Source: Camelus ferus
Lineage: Eukaryota
Length of the DNA: 64,000 bases
Reading direction: 5' to 3'
Assembly (NCBI RefSeq): GCF_009834535.1
Contig: NC_045698.1
Coordinates: 13,766,001 to 13,830,000 of the forward strand
Within the stretch, counting starts at the first letter, position 1. Every line of letters begins with the position of its first letter. The notes under the pieces are model-generated. The model worked only from the letters and a program-made list of their open reading frames with translations, was not told where the DNA came from and did no database searches. This document shows positions 1 through 13,936 of the stretch, piece by piece. Position numbers and translations under genes: made by a program.

Positions 1-84
1 CATTTTAACTAAGTAGAAAGATTCTGAACATTTTCTTAAGTAATTTATCTAAGATAGATTATATTTCTAGTCCATTAAAAAAAC

Positions 85-440
85 TACCAGATGTTCCTCT
101 CTTAGAGAAATTTATTCATCTCTGTTCAGTTGACACGTGTTTTCTTTTAGTCAATGAAATACGCATGGTGGTAAGATACACTACCACTTCTGTGGAGAAG
201 CCTTATGAGCCAGCACGTGGGTCACTCTGTTTTCTGACTTCCAGTTTTGTGATCATAGAAGCTTGCATTTACATTAAGTCCCATCAGCTCTGATCTTTAC
301 TGATTTTAATAAACTGAGTCCCTGGACGACCTGTAATGGGTTCACAGAATCTTGTGCTATGTAAAGCTTTGTAAGCTACTAAATTTGGAGATTCCTTTAT
401 TTCTCATGCATGACTCAGCCAATCAAGGTTGACAGAAAAC
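85..440 (+). mobile_element. MLT1J-like MaLR LTR, old
   Basis: tagtcaatgaaat...cacttctg...agccttatgagccagcacg...taagctactaaatttggag...gcatgactcagcc pattern. Confidence 0.6.
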
Positions 441-2899
441 ATTTTTTTAAAGTTGAGATAAATGTATCTGAAATTTGTGATCATCAAAATAAATTCCCTG
501 AATCTGAAGTGATTATATCACTGCAAAGATGGGTGTGTTAAATGTGGACAGAATCCATACTGACCTGTTCTGTCTTAAGCTTGGTATTATATGATACAGT
601 ACTTGGCACATAAAATATTAAAAATTAATTTTTTTATATAGATGAAATTTAATTAAATGTGCACTCTAATGTCTGGTATTGAATACATTATGAGGGTCAA
701 ATGTTTGGAAAGGGTATTGATCTCAAGAATGGTAAAATAGATTTCAAAATACATTGATTTATGAAATAACCAAAGCACATCCTAAGGACACTTCCTTATG
801 CATACTAAACACATTTTCATAAGTGTTTTCTAATTCGTCATTTGTAAATTTAGAAAATGTCTACATCCAAATTTTGGTCAAATGAAATAGGAGAAGTCTC
901 TGTAAAAATTACTCGATGAATTATACTTTGCTAAAACAATCATATGTACATATAAACCTATTTGAAATAAAATTTATCCAAAAATATAAAATGCTCTAAA
1001 TGAGATTCTCACCATGCCTATTTAGCTGGAAGTATTATAAACTTTAGGTATATAAATTCAAAGCTTCAATAGCCATTAATAATTTGTTTTTAATTAAAAA
1101 TATATTAGTACTGTCCGAAAAACTCAAGAAGGCTCTCCTTACTTACAAACGTGCTCTATAAAATATACATAACTTCTGTTCATGAAATACATCAATGTGT
1201 CTTCTCCATGATAAAAGGTAATCAATCATTTTTGCCAGGCTTTGTCTTTGTAAATGTAGTCAATTGAAGAATAATGAGTTATGTATTTACAGGCAACTCA
1301 AATTGACAAAATCTGTGTTGCTTAATAGTCCTCAATAAAAATAGTTGCAACAGAAGACACCAGAAGTTGCATCGCCCATGGTGACTTGCTCATTAACCTG
1401 TGGATGTTGGAAACATCAATATGACAGATGTGGTCTTTTTGACAGGAGGCTAGAGAATTCTGAAAATGCAAACATTATTATTAAATCATGCTTCCCTATG
1501 AGCCTAGGAGAGGTAAATATTAATGAGCCTTTGGTGAATAAGAGATTAATTTACTCTCAAACAGACATTCCCTTCTTAGTAAAAAGGCAGGTTTATAGAA
1601 GTAAAGAGTCTACATCATAGGCAAATACTTCTGAAGTGCAATTAAATTACATTAGCATTGAATACAGCAGGGTTAACTCCAGAGGGATTTTGAGCCATTG
1701 CATTAGTATTTATGAAACTCGAAGTGTTTGCTAGTTACTATCTTGGCCTCTATTTCTCCCAGAGAGCAATGCGCCTGATAAGTGCAGTGGGCCTTTTAAT
1801 TTTCTCTTTTGCTTCTTTGAGACTGTCTAATTCAAGCCCTTTTTTCAATTCCTGCTGCGTGTGATGCAAGACTCTGCTTTTATTGTTTGTTTTCTTTTTT
1901 TTCTTCTTTCTTTCTTTCCTTTACAAAGTTTGAAAGCTTGATGGAACCAGGTGGATGGAAACTTTATCATCTCCCAGATAAAATGCACATACTTACAAGA
2001 CCCTGGCACAGGTATTTCCAGGGGATTCATGAAAACCCATGAAGTCTATCCATGTATCATTAGAGAAATCCCAGATTCAGTGGTTTCAACTGATTTTTAA
2101 ACCTATTCAGGCAAATGGTTAATTGTTGGTCTGAAGTTTGCCCCCCAGATCCAGAATGCTTGGATGACACTGGATTTTCATTCTTGCAGCACTGATGTAC
2201 AGATTATATGAACTGAAAGAAATATCAAATAATAATCTTCAGTTTGTATCTGGTTTTCAGAATTGTTCACTGGGACACTTGATTGAGGAGTTGCAGCTTC
2301 ACTGGCAGGTAGAGTCTGGACATGTGTGTGGACTCTGTTGCATAAAAAGAAGTCTAGACCAGAGAGGTGACTTCCTGGAGCTGAAATGGTCTGAACCTGC
2401 TTCAAGTTTGTCTCTTTTTTTGACAAGAGAGAGGACCAGCAGGGTGAAGTACCTAGGACACAATGCTCGACATGTTACAGGACATTCCAGTACAACTCTT
2501 TTTTCTCTGAGTGGTTTATATTGTCCAAAGCTAACTAAACTGGTACCAAAAAAAAAAAAAAAAACAAACAAAAAAAAAACAAAACAAAAAACAAAAAACA
2601 GTTCCTAATAAATTTGGTTAATTCTAAATTTAAGTCCACCGAGGTAGATTTGATGGTCTTGTAGAATCTTTCAAATACAAGAAGACAGGCTTTCTCAAAC
2701 ATGTCTTGTTTGAAGTTCCCTAGGTACGTTTTGCAATTTTTATTTTTTTAAGTCCATGCTAATCGTATTGTAGGTACTTTCTTATGTTGGTAAGAGGTGT
2801 AAAATTGCACTGCAGTGTTGCATTAGGGATGTATCTACTAGTTTCCAGATCAACATTCCATGATAGTGAAACTGTTCAGTCTAGAAATATTGCTGAAAT

Positions 2900-3362
2900 A
2901 CTGAAAAATGGCAGGGTTAGTTAAAGCCTAGATAAGTCTGGTTTCCTATTCCTGAAATCTGACCTGCCATATAAAAGGCACATGTCCTGGCAGTGAGAGA
3001 TGGAATAAAACAGTCTTGATAGCTTGAGATGTCAGAGCAGTCATTCCAGGTTTGTGCAAAACATACTTTGGGAAAAGCACAGCCCATGAATGTCAGAGGA
3101 AGGCTAAGTAAAGAGATGAAAATTAAGTGGGAATGAAGGGAGAAATTGCAATTTTGATAGAGAAATGCAAGAATCTCATAAAACTGAGGAGAAAGAAGGG
3201 GAAAGATTAAAAAAGAACAAGACAAAGGCTCAGCTACTTCCTAGAGATGCCTTTTTCTCCTTACGGCTTTCCAATTTTCTTGCATGGATACCCTGATTTT
3301 AAAACATCTTTTGCTTAACACTCCTGAATCTCTGTTTCTTACAACTGGGGACAAAGTCTTAC
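2900..3362 (+). mobile_element. old ERVL/MaLR-type LTR fragment
   Basis: 3' end ttttgcttaa...tctgtttcttacaact...aagtctt typical of LTR16/MLT1K-class ends; family uncertain. Confidence 0.4.
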
Positions 3363-3639
3363 CAGAAGAAAAAGAGTCATTTCATAAAATATATTGAGTT
3401 TTGTGTTAGATTTTTAGAATCCAAAACTGAGAAGCTGGAGTGAATTAAAATGGTATCCAAGAGAAATCTTTTTAATAGAGCATTGCTTATTAAAATATTT
3501 TTCAGAAGAATAAATGCCACCATGGTCACCTCTGTGTTAATAGACTTGAAATCTTTATTTTTGACTTAGTAAAGAGACTGATCTGTTTTTTTAAACTTCT
3601 TTGCTTCCTGTTGAATCCTTGGTTTCTTTCAATATATTA

Positions 3640-3840
3640 AAAATATAGAAGTGATTGTACTTAACTGTACTTATTTCTTTACATATAATATTGTGATCAT
3701 TTGATTATTTTCCATTTTCATAAATTGATGGTAAGTTTCTCACAGGCAGAATGATCCCATTTATTTTGGTCTGTGCAGAACTACCACAGGACCCAGCAAA
3801 TAGAAGATGCTTATTCAGTTTTTATGGAATAAATAAATAA
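3640..3840 (+). mobile_element. L2 3' end
   Basis: gtaagtttctcacaggcag...cacaggacccagcaaatagaagatgctta...gaataaataaataa. Confidence 0.6.
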
Positions 3841-5023
3841 TTTGTTCCATTTGTAAATTTACAAACACATTTTACATACTCTCATTTCTAGGGGCTTTAT
3901 TTCAAAATATTCTTTTTTTTTACATAAACGGGGAAAAAAATGGTTACTATCCATGGAAACATGGGTGTGAAGAAACAAAACGAGAAAGGAGACACATATG
4001 AGGACTTATTTTTCTTTTCCACATACTAGGAAACTCTGGCGCTCAAACTTACATTTCACTCTCCACAGGAGAATATTTATTTTATTCCTTGTCTTTCTCT
4101 TTGTAGTTCAACAAACAATGGCGTTTGTGTCTATCACTTCTTAAAGGTTGGAGACCTTTTTGAAAGTGTATGAGCAATATTTTCATAAATAAAGAATTCC
4201 TCCGGCTTAACTACATTATGTGTCAAGAAGAACTCTAGAAAACGCAACCTTTGTTAGCGTGATCGATGCTAATAGGTTTAACCTTTCGCTCCTACAGAAG
4301 TTGAAGGGAATCAAAGAAAATGAGATCTTTTCAAGTGATGACCTGGAAACAATCTTTTTTAGTGGGAGGGGGGTTGTTTTGATTCTTACACACCAGCAAC
4401 TTATTTTGTAATTGACACTTAGTTAAAAAGTGTTTGACCACTCACTCATCATACAAATATAACTCTAATTAGCAATGTTCTTCTTTATTGCTATATTGAT
4501 GTATACTGTACTCATTCTGCTTTTTTCTATTTATTCTATTTCACTCTTCTATCATTATTATTTTCAAGCTGAATAAATTTGGTAGTACTCTGTCTCAAAA
4601 TCCAAGAAGGTTAGAAGAACAAAACAAACAAAATAAGAAACAGATAATGAAATTATTGAAATTTGGGACCAATTTATAATATTTTTAAATAAAATACAAT
4701 TGCCTTGACATTAGAATACAAAGTCGTTAGGTACATAAGAGTTGTGTGATGATCATTTAAGCTATGGAGATTTGATTCCCCAATACTTTCAAAGAGTGTA
4801 CTTCTAAGTAATGTGAGGATGAGTCCAGTGGCTTTCATTCTTGATACTTATCTTTCTCAGTTTCTCGTATTTTCTTCCCAAGAGGGAAGCCAATGCTTAA
4901 TAATGTCTGTTTTTTGGTTGTAAGACACACATTAGTAGTGTGCTGGTAAGTTTAACTGGCTTTGGGGGAGGAAAAGCCATTGTGTGTACTGTTTGCCAAT
5001 TTTCATTGTGTAAATACTCTCAC

Positions 5024-5540
5024 TGTAAAAGGATGAATTGTGTCCCCTCCAAATATACATTGCAGTCCTTACCTCTAGCACCTCAAAATATGGCCTTAAT
5101 TGGAGACAAATTGTTTGCAGAGGTAATCAAGTGAAAATGAGGTCATTAGGGTGAACTGTAATTTTTAAAAAAAAGTGTTCTTATAAAATCTTTGATTCCC
5201 AAGACTGAGATCACTGAATCTAATGTTCAATGTATTTACAATTTAATGAAACAGTGCTAGGTGGCTTTCCAAAATTACTTTAAAATTTTGACTCAGAGAC
5301 AGATATGTACCAGGGAGAACACCATGTCAAGATTGAGATTATGTTGCCACGAACCTAAGAACAACCGGAGGCCCTGAGAGAAGACCGGAAGGCATCCTTT
5401 CCCAGCACCGTCAGAGGACGATGGCCCTGCCAACCTCATCTCAGACTCCTAGCCGCAGAACTGTGAGACATCACATGTTTGTTGTTTAAGTCTGCCAGTT
5501 GGTGAGTACTTCATTAGCCCAGTCTTAGAACACAGACACA
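5024..5540 (+). mobile_element. MLT1B/MLT1A-like MaLR solo LTR with a ~93-bp foreign insert at 5189-5281
   Basis: tgtaaaaggatgaattgtgtcccctcc...aaaatgaggtcattagggtg...cagaactgtgagac...gttgtttaag. Confidence 0.85.
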
Positions 5541-5989
5541 TCCATTATGTCTGATTTCAACCTATCAACACAGAATCTGGAAAATTTAACAAGGGACTCT
5601 CACAAAACGTTATGAGTCAGTTCCAGCACACTTTTAGACCATTACTATTTGTTTGTTAGTAGCAATTTTCTTTTTTTACCTATTTTTGAAGCATTCTTTT
5701 AAAGTTTTCTTTTTAAAATGATGAGTAATAAAAAGAAAGAAAAAACACTGGATGAACAATCAGAGAAGTCTTTCTTAAAGAAGTTATATAAGTAGAACTT
5801 AAACCATATGCTGACTTGGTTAGACTGAGATGTGGAAGAAAAGATCCAGGAAAAAAAGATTACTATGTATCAATAAATTATAGATTAAATGAAAGAAAAG
5901 TAGCAATCTAAAGGAAATTTTTCAAAAATAACAGATCACAATCATATCATTCAACAGGTAGATCTGTGTTGATTATTTTGCTTGATTAT

Positions 5990-7300
5990 TTTCTATGATC
6001 AACATTAACAACCTAATGTATATCTTAGATACATGTGTAGATATTGTTTTCAACAAAACTGTAATGCTGTATAAATCTTTCACAAGAACCACAATTATTT
6101 AATAGATAGGAGAACTGAGAAATACAGAAGTAAGTTTTCCAAGGACAAACAAATAGCAAGTATTGGATTCCAGAATCTGCAATCTAAAAAAAAGCACAAT
6201 AAACTGTATCTCATTTTTTTGTAACCCAAGATATTTATTTCTTTAGATTTGATTCTATGAGATTATAGGATCTAATGTTTGGTGGATTTATAATTTAATG
6301 AAATAATACTAAATAGCTTCCCCAAATTACTTTATTGTTTTATATTTATTCCTCCTTTTCCCATATTACTGCAAGAAGTCAGGTTTTTTTTTTTCATTTT
6401 TTCATAGAAGAAAATATATCTCTTTGTTTCATTATTTTGTTTTCCTTAGACTTAGAAATATGGACAGTTTTCTCCCAATCATTGGACATTCGAATGATTT
6501 TATTCTTAATTTCCAGTTCATTCACCCATTTTTTTATTCAGTTTGCATATCTTATTAAAATTCATCTTCATACACCTCATAAGTATATTCTTCAGTTCAC
6601 TATTTTCTTTTTATTTGCTTTAGGTGTCTCTTGATGTACATTGAATATGTAAAAGTTTATCTTTTACAGATCCATATTTGCTTCATTAACTGAACATACC
6701 ATGTCCACAACTCAGAATAAGAAAAGAAATGTTACTAAAAATTTTGAAATTTCCTGGTTGCTACTATCTGATTTCATTCATCCACCCTCGGTAATAACCA
6801 CTCCCTTGAACTGTCTATTAATCAGACTTTTAATTTTCTCTTTACTTTTACCAAATATGTATCTATTTTCAAGTTTATATTGCTTACTTTTGAGTGTTGT
6901 TAGAATTCAGATGAATAAGTTTGTATGTTTCTTGGATTAACTTGTATTTTCCACTTCAACTGTTTTGTGTTGCTGCACTCAGCATTTTATGAATCTCCAC
7001 AACTGGTGTATTTATATAACACGGGACAATGCTCTTGGTTCAAGTGCTTTGTTCTTATAAACAAACTTGCTGTACATATTCTAATACCTAGCTTCCGTGT
7101 GCAATGAGCATCTTCAGTTTTGCTAGAGAAGGCCAAATTTTTATCAAAAATTGTTGTTTTCCCAATTTCTATGAAATTCCTGTCCTTATATTTTACCAGC
7201 TCACAATTTTTCTCTTTATATGCTTGTTCCTGTGTTTAAGCCAGTGTGTTCCATCATTTTTTTAAATTTTAAAAATTATATAGATTTCCAAATATCTAAT
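5990..7300 (-). mobile_element. fragmented ancient L1 (L1ME-like), several pieces
   Basis: T-rich antisense L1 motifs such as ttattggacattcg..., aaacttgctgtacatattct, gccaaatttttatcaaaaattgttgt. Confidence 0.55.
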
Positions 7301-8065
7301 TCCATGTATCTATATTGATTTATTGTGAACTTTTTTCAATACATTAATTATATTTAAATTATTTTATCCATTTATTTTACTATCATTTCTTAGGTGTTAC
7401 ACTGTCTCTGGATTTAGTTTGAAACAGCTCTTTTTTTGGCATCAGTTTTACTAAAGTCTTTAATTATTATCAGTTGGACATGCCTCTTTTTTTATTTGCT
7501 AATAGATTCTGTGGTGATTAGATCTGAGTGTGGGCATCTTTCTTCGTTGACTCTTAGGGAAGGAAGGTAAATAACTTACCTTCTGTATGTGGTGGGTCCT
7601 CATCACCTGAAAAATAATTCCCATCACTCTAACTGTAGAACTTATAATTCACACATCTGCTTCTTTCCCATTTCATTTTTCTATCGTTTTTGCTATCTAT
7701 TCTCCAAAATTTAAGTCAATCTTAATTTCTTCATGAAGCCTTCCTTGATTGTGCCAACTAATATAAACCTCTCCCACCAAACATGTTCAAAGTGCATAGT
7801 CTCTCCCAGCGTTTATAACATACTACCTTTAATTCTATGAATGTTTCTATTCTCAGTCTTATTTTCCCATTTATTAAATGTGCCTCTAATACATAAAGTT
7901 TTATCTCCAAAGTTTTTGTTTTTAGTCATTTTCTTGGTGGTAGTGGTGATTTAATATGTAGGCTTCATATTGATCAAATTCCAACTCATGTTTTACTGAT
8001 GTGGTGTGTTGCTCCTTTAAAATAATGAAAAATATCATAAATTTAGGTCAATTTCATTGAACCAG

Positions 8066-8441
8066 CGTTAAAAGGGAAACTGAACCATATTAAAAATGTT
8101 AAGTTTATCTGAGCAAAAATCTGGCAGCCTTCATTCTAGAAGATAAAAAACAACTTGGAGGGGCTGTGTAAAATGAAAAATTTTTCTAAGCAGGAGAGAG
8201 CATAAATAAGGAAGTTATGTTAGCCGAAAAAGCAGGTTTATTATTGCAAGATCACTTTCTTACAGAGGATGGCAGAGGGTCTAAGAGGCAGATTAACTAG
8301 TGCTAAGCAGGTGATTCCGAATTGATTGCTTAGAGATTTAATTTCTGGGAGATCTGAAACTGTAATTAAGTCAAATCTCAATTTGATGATGGGGGTTAGC
8401 GTAAGTGACACCACTTTGGGCCGGTTGTCTTGTTTGTAACA
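8066..8441 (-). mobile_element. ERV1-class solo LTR
   Basis: Termini (c)gttaaaa...tgtaaca; gtgacaccactttgggcc near the end; flanks ccag/ctag approximate a 4-bp TSD. Confidence 0.7.
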
Positions 8442-10308
8442 CTAGAAAAGTCGTATTTTTTGGAGACGAGTTGCTGCAAGTACTTTCTATATTCTTTCTA
8501 CCTTCATTTTATTAAATATTTCATTTCTTAACTATGAATTAAGATCAATGACCAAGATAAAAATGTTATGAATTCTAACCTTCAATGTAGGAAATTTAGG
8601 AAAGACTTATTAAAATGGATGAAATGTATCTAAAAATTAAAGGTAACTCAAAAATAACCATTAAAAATACACTTCTCCAATTTTTCTTTTCATTTTTCAA
8701 TTTGTAGCGTTATCATGCAGTTAAGAAACTAAGATGTTTTCTGAAGTAACTTTCAAATGGTGACAAGTTTGCTTTTTAATCAAGTACAGTGGTTTAATCC
8801 AATTTATAGTTTACTGAGTTAATTTTTAACTCAATATAAAATTCTTAAATGTCAGCATATGATTAAATAATAATGTAAATGATAAATGATTGCAAAATAA
8901 CTTTTAGTTCTTGGAAGAGATTTCTTTTTTCAAGTTAGTGTCTTGAAAATGAGGCTTAGAAAGCAGAAGTGTGGGCTGAATGTCTTCAGGTATCTTGTAT
9001 TTTATGTTCTCTTAATCTGCTTTTGATTAAGTAAAAAACAAAATATAGTTTATAAATAAGCCTGTGACCAATAGATTGTGGGAGATTTAAGCATGAAATG
9101 AACTCATCTACAGATTACTGAAAAGGAATATATTAGAATGAATTAATAATAAACAGAAATCAGAAAAGCTTTACCTCGTAGTTTTCCACATCATTAAGAA
9201 TATCTCAAATAGAACAGTTGTGCCCTATCTTCCCAGGTATACGATTGACTGATTTGTTTTTTTTTTTTTATCTCTGTGTAGATGTGGTTTTTGATTATAA
9301 ATAACCCGGAGCTTTGGAAGAAGTAATAACCTGACTCCATCAGAGTCTCACATCATTGCTCTCATTTCTTTTTGCTTGGCCTTAAGATGGGAGCTTAGAC
9401 TTGGGTAGAAAATATTTTCATTTTCTTATATTACAGTTTCTCTTATCTTTAATTTCAGGAACTGATACAATGTTTTCTTTTAAGGTGTTTTATATTTGTC
9501 TGCTGGAGATGTTAGGTAACATAAGTAAGTGCTCCTTTCACAAGTGAGAACCTAGTTTCTCTGCCTTGCCGGCTTCAGACATTGTAAATCCACCTATTCC
9601 TTTATCATTGTAACAGGCAGAATTCTCTCCAAGCCTATATCTGGCTTTCCTTACAGATTTTTCATTCATTCTTGAGTATCTCCTGGAAAGATCTCTGCTA
9701 GTCTATGTTATTTATACTTTCTTGCATATTAAAAAGTGTTCTCTTTATTACTATGGGAAGAAGGGAATTGCATCTTTGAACAAATCAAAACGGTGCTCCC
9801 TCTGGCATGACCCATACCAGGGCTTAGTAAGCCATACTTGAGTTAGAATGTAGCCCTAATTAGTTCACCACCATGCCCAGACACTAAGGTGCACTGAACC
9901 CCGTGGACAAGTGGCCCAGTCTTCTAAGTATTATTTACATTATACTGTAACTTTGAGAAAAATTCTTTCTTTAGGTAGATTTTTGAACTGGTTATTATAT
10001 GGCTGGGCAGTGGTGGAGTAACGTCCGTAAGTGACAAGAACCTTGATGGCTTTAGGAACACACGTGAGTGGTCCCCTTCTCAATGACATGCTTGCTTAAA
10101 AAACAAAAACAAAAACAAAAACACAGAAAGAGAAAAAGAGAAAAGGAAAAAGACATTTGATATTTTGATATATTGATTTTAAGATAACTATGCCTTTTGA
10201 TTTAACTCAGATAAATTTTATGACTTCTACCACTGCTTAGCCAACAGCCGAATAGCTGCGAATCTCTTCCTTCTTCCATCTTTAATTCTCTAGACACTCA
10301 GTGACCGT

Positions 10309-10600
10309 AGTGCAGGAGATCTTCCATATTCTCTTCTAGAGCTACCTTCTCTCACCCTCTCCCCCTGCTCCATCCTGCTCTCTGCTCTGAGATTCTGACC
10401 CGTGAGCACTGCACCTTTGAGCTTTGTTACCCTCTGGTTTCTGACTGTGTTTGGCCAAAGTGTATCCAAGCAGGAGATGAGGTCAGTTTATTCCCAGCCT
10501 GTGCTTCTGGTTGCCTCCAACTGGCTGAGGCTCAACCTAAGGTCAGATTGACTCTTATACCACATCTCCCCCATTTAACAATTCTTTCCCTCCAGGACCA
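10309..10600 (+). mobile_element. LTR33-like ERVL LTR fragment
   Basis: ctccatcctgctctctgc...ctgacccgtg...ccctctggttctgactgtgtttggccaa...gcaggagatgaggtcagtttattccc. Confidence 0.7.
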
Positions 10601-11624
10601 GGGAATCTTATGCCTACAATCCTATAAATAGTGTTTCACTTGTAATATGATTCAATAATTATTTGTGGTTATCATTTATACATACATGACTAAGTCTCTG
10701 GCACATATTCTTGAAAACCTCACAACACAATCTCATAATATTATAATCAAAATATTAAAATATCAGTTTAGATATTGGGATATACAATATAAAAATAGGT
10801 TTTTTTATTACTAAACAGAGGAGATGAGATGCAAACATTGAAGTAGAGGGAAATATTTTTTAAAGCAATAAGAAATTCACTTTTGATTTTCTACTTTGTA
10901 TAATTTCTTCCTCTTCAGTAGTGTTGACAGACGGGTGATATTTTAGGTTCAAAAGACATGAAAATCGTTTCATATTTGAATGATATATAAACCCTTCTCT
11001 ACCTTACAAAAAAATTAGTGCTTCTTTTTGCAATGTATAAAATAGTGGCTGAGATTTCTGTATTTGACAGTTGGTCATCTGTTTTGGATCCAGGACTATT
11101 GAAGAACTTTGAACCATTGGTTCTCTTCAATATACAATACCCTTAAAATATACTTTTCTATTTAATGTACTGCAAATTACTTTCGTCATTTAGAGCTGCC
11201 TGAATTGTGCATTAATAGCAGGCTTTTATGGTCTGCAAAGAAAAAATAATTTAAAGACTACATTTTTGTTGAAAACTGAATCAGAGAGAATACAGCAGTT
11301 ATAGTACAGTATCTGATTAACACCACCAAGATGTGGATTACCAGAGTCACCTTGGAGAGAGTGCTTTACAGTGACCTAGACACCTTGGGCATGGCCATCT
11401 CTGCCACAGCATTCAGCAGATTTTCTCTGGACCGTGAGCTCTTTGAAGGTTGGGACCATAATTTGTTCAACCTGTATTCCCTGAAACTGTCACAGTCCCT
11501 GACATATGGTTGAAACTTGAATCCTCACCAAATGGATTTTATCTCATTTACTTTTAAAAAAAATTTAAGTGAACAGAACTTTTCAAATACGTGTGTGCCT
11601 GAGACTATTTCACCGGGGGAAAAA

Positions 11625-11800
11625 TAGTTCCTTTAATAGACGTTAAAAGTTACCACGTAATGACTTCTGTTTACATTCTACTGGCCAAGACTTAGGTCAG
11701 CTAGTCTATACCTCGTTGCAAGGAAGACTAGGAAGTGTGGTCATTATTCTGGGTAGTCAAGTAAATTGTTGATTTTTACAAGAAGATATAAGATCTGGAT
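11625..11800 (-). mobile_element. MLT1 (J/K-like) fragment
   Basis: acttctgtttacattctactggccaagacttaggtca...gcaaggaagactaggaagtgtggtc. Confidence 0.65.
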
Positions 11801-12996
11801 AGATGATTGTAAAGATGTCAGTCATTTCCAAGATTGATTCCAATGATGTTATAGGTACATATCTATGGGAACAGTTGCTGTTTCTTATTTTTGCAAGATG
11901 CACTGGTACCTTTGACTCATCCTAGAATTATTTGTTCTTTTATGATATCATGCAAAAGATATAAGAAATGATTATTTAAATTACAAAGAGAAAAATGTGC
12001 TAACCTCCCTTTTTCCATGTATGGCTAGAGCGTTATGAATAAAAGGGGATACAATCTGGAAAAAAATCAAGTTCTTATGTATTATAAATGATTTCAACTT
12101 AGAGATGAACTAGCATGTGGTCCAGAAGTTAACTAAAAAATCTGTATTCACTAAGTCTACATTTTATATGTGTTATATCCATGAATTTTATATTTTATAA
12201 AATCTAAAATTCTAGTTTATACATTTTATAGCATGGATATTTGGAAGATACTCCTTTCGAGTTATGTGAAAATGACAGTCAACATTCTGAATTTTGCTCC
12301 ATGTTCCCAAGCTACACTTTTCAAATATATTTCGTGACATCTCTCACTTCTTTATAAATACATAATGTACATAATTTATAGAGTTAAGCAGGCAAGCAGC
12401 AAGATTTGTACTTTTTACTTTATACATTTTGAGATCTTTCTTCTTTAGAACACTTAGTCTGCTGGCTATGAGATGTATATAAATAAATATTTATAATAAT
12501 ATCTGTTCTGTGCTAAAATAGAGGTGAAAATCCTATGGGAACATATAATAAGAAGCAATAAATTAACAGTATTAAAAATAAAGTTTACAGAACAAAGCTC
12601 CAGAAGTGAACTCGGGAACTGAAGCTTGGCTTACTTGAAATTATTGCCTAATGACCTAGAATCTAACAGATGTAACACAAAATAAAATTTATACCTTGTC
12701 TTTAACCTGATTAACTCAACAAAGAAGTATTTCACTAGGTTTGCACACCCAACAAGTATTGGAAAACTAGGAGGGTAATCCACTTCTGCCTGAACAAAGT
12801 CTTAAACGATGAACTACACTTTGGGGCTGGAATAGAACAGTGATGAATAGTCACGTTACAGTGAACCACATGAGCAAAAGTATAGGATGATGGATCAACA
12901 CACTGTTTTTGGAAAATTTCAAGTAAAATAAATTTCACCAGTGTGTGCATTGCAAAGAGAGGAGCAAGGAAGAAGTTGGTAGCAAATGCCACAATA

Positions 12997-13329
12997 AATT
13001 TAAAAAAAGAAAAAAGAAGATGCTAATGAACTCATGAACAAAACAGAAACAGACTCACAGACATGGTAAACAGTCATGGTTACTGGTGGCAAAGTGGTGG
13101 GAGAAGATAAATTTGGGAATTTGAGATTTGAGAATATGAACTACTATATATAAAAACAGATTTAAAAAACATTTCTTCTGTATAACACAGGGAGCCATAT
13201 TCAATAGCTTGTAATAATCTTATTGGAAAAGAACACAAAAACAAATATATGTTTATATGTATGACTGGGACATTATGCTGTACACCAGAGTTGATCCATT
13301 GCAACTGACTATAGTCCAATTGAAAAAAA
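12997..13329 (+). mobile_element. 5'-truncated L1 3' end, cetartiodactyl/camelid type
   Basis: aatgaactcat..aaaacagaaacagactcacagacat...tatgctgtacaccaga...actgactata + A tail; diverged TSD aaatgccacaata (12984) / aattgccgcagta (13328). Confidence 0.9.
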
Positions 13330-13485
13330 TTGCCGCAGTACAAGAAATGTTCTATGTAAATTGTAGTATGCTAAGTATAGGTTACATGTGTATTTTGATT
13401 GTTTATGTCAAAGGATTACTGTAAAGATTAAATCATACAGTACAAAACATTTTCCTATGAAATAAAATTCATATTTTCTGGCAAG

Positions 13486-13936
13486 GTAAGAAAAATTTTA
13501 AACATGAAAAATTTTTCTCTGCCCTTGGGCTTCCTGTCACCCTGCTACTGTGCATGGCATGTCTGTGGTATGCATCAACCAAACCTCCCCAGTGGCAGAA
13601 ATTCCTGTACTCCGCAAAGAGCACCATTTCTCCTGGCATCAAGCAGACAACTCCTTAAGAGAAGACATCCCTTCTTGATCTTGTAAGAGGTCATAATGAC
13701 CTGCCGCTTTGTACTCTCAGATCTGGATTATGTCAACTGCCAATAATATGTCATTGAATGTACAGTCCCCTGTCTCAAAAAATTTATATAACTGTGCTTT
13801 CACTTTTAACGGGCAGAACAGTTCTCAGAGCTCGCTGAGATGCTGTTCCCAGGTCATAATCCCAAACTTGGCTCAAAAAATATTTCCCACTTCTTTCTTA
13901 GATCGACTGATCTATTTGAAGATCGATTTGAAGACA
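13486..13936 (+). mobile_element. ERV1-class (MER41-related) solo LTR
   Basis: TATA-like tttatataac followed by gaacagttctcagagctcgctgagatgctgttcccagg...ttggctcaaaaaa; ends ...gaca. Confidence 0.75.

Noticed and set aside
2178..2608. Three overlapping ORFs up to 137 aa
   Set aside because: Extended by a poly(A)/poly(T) tract giving K/F runs; no homology or exon structure recognised.
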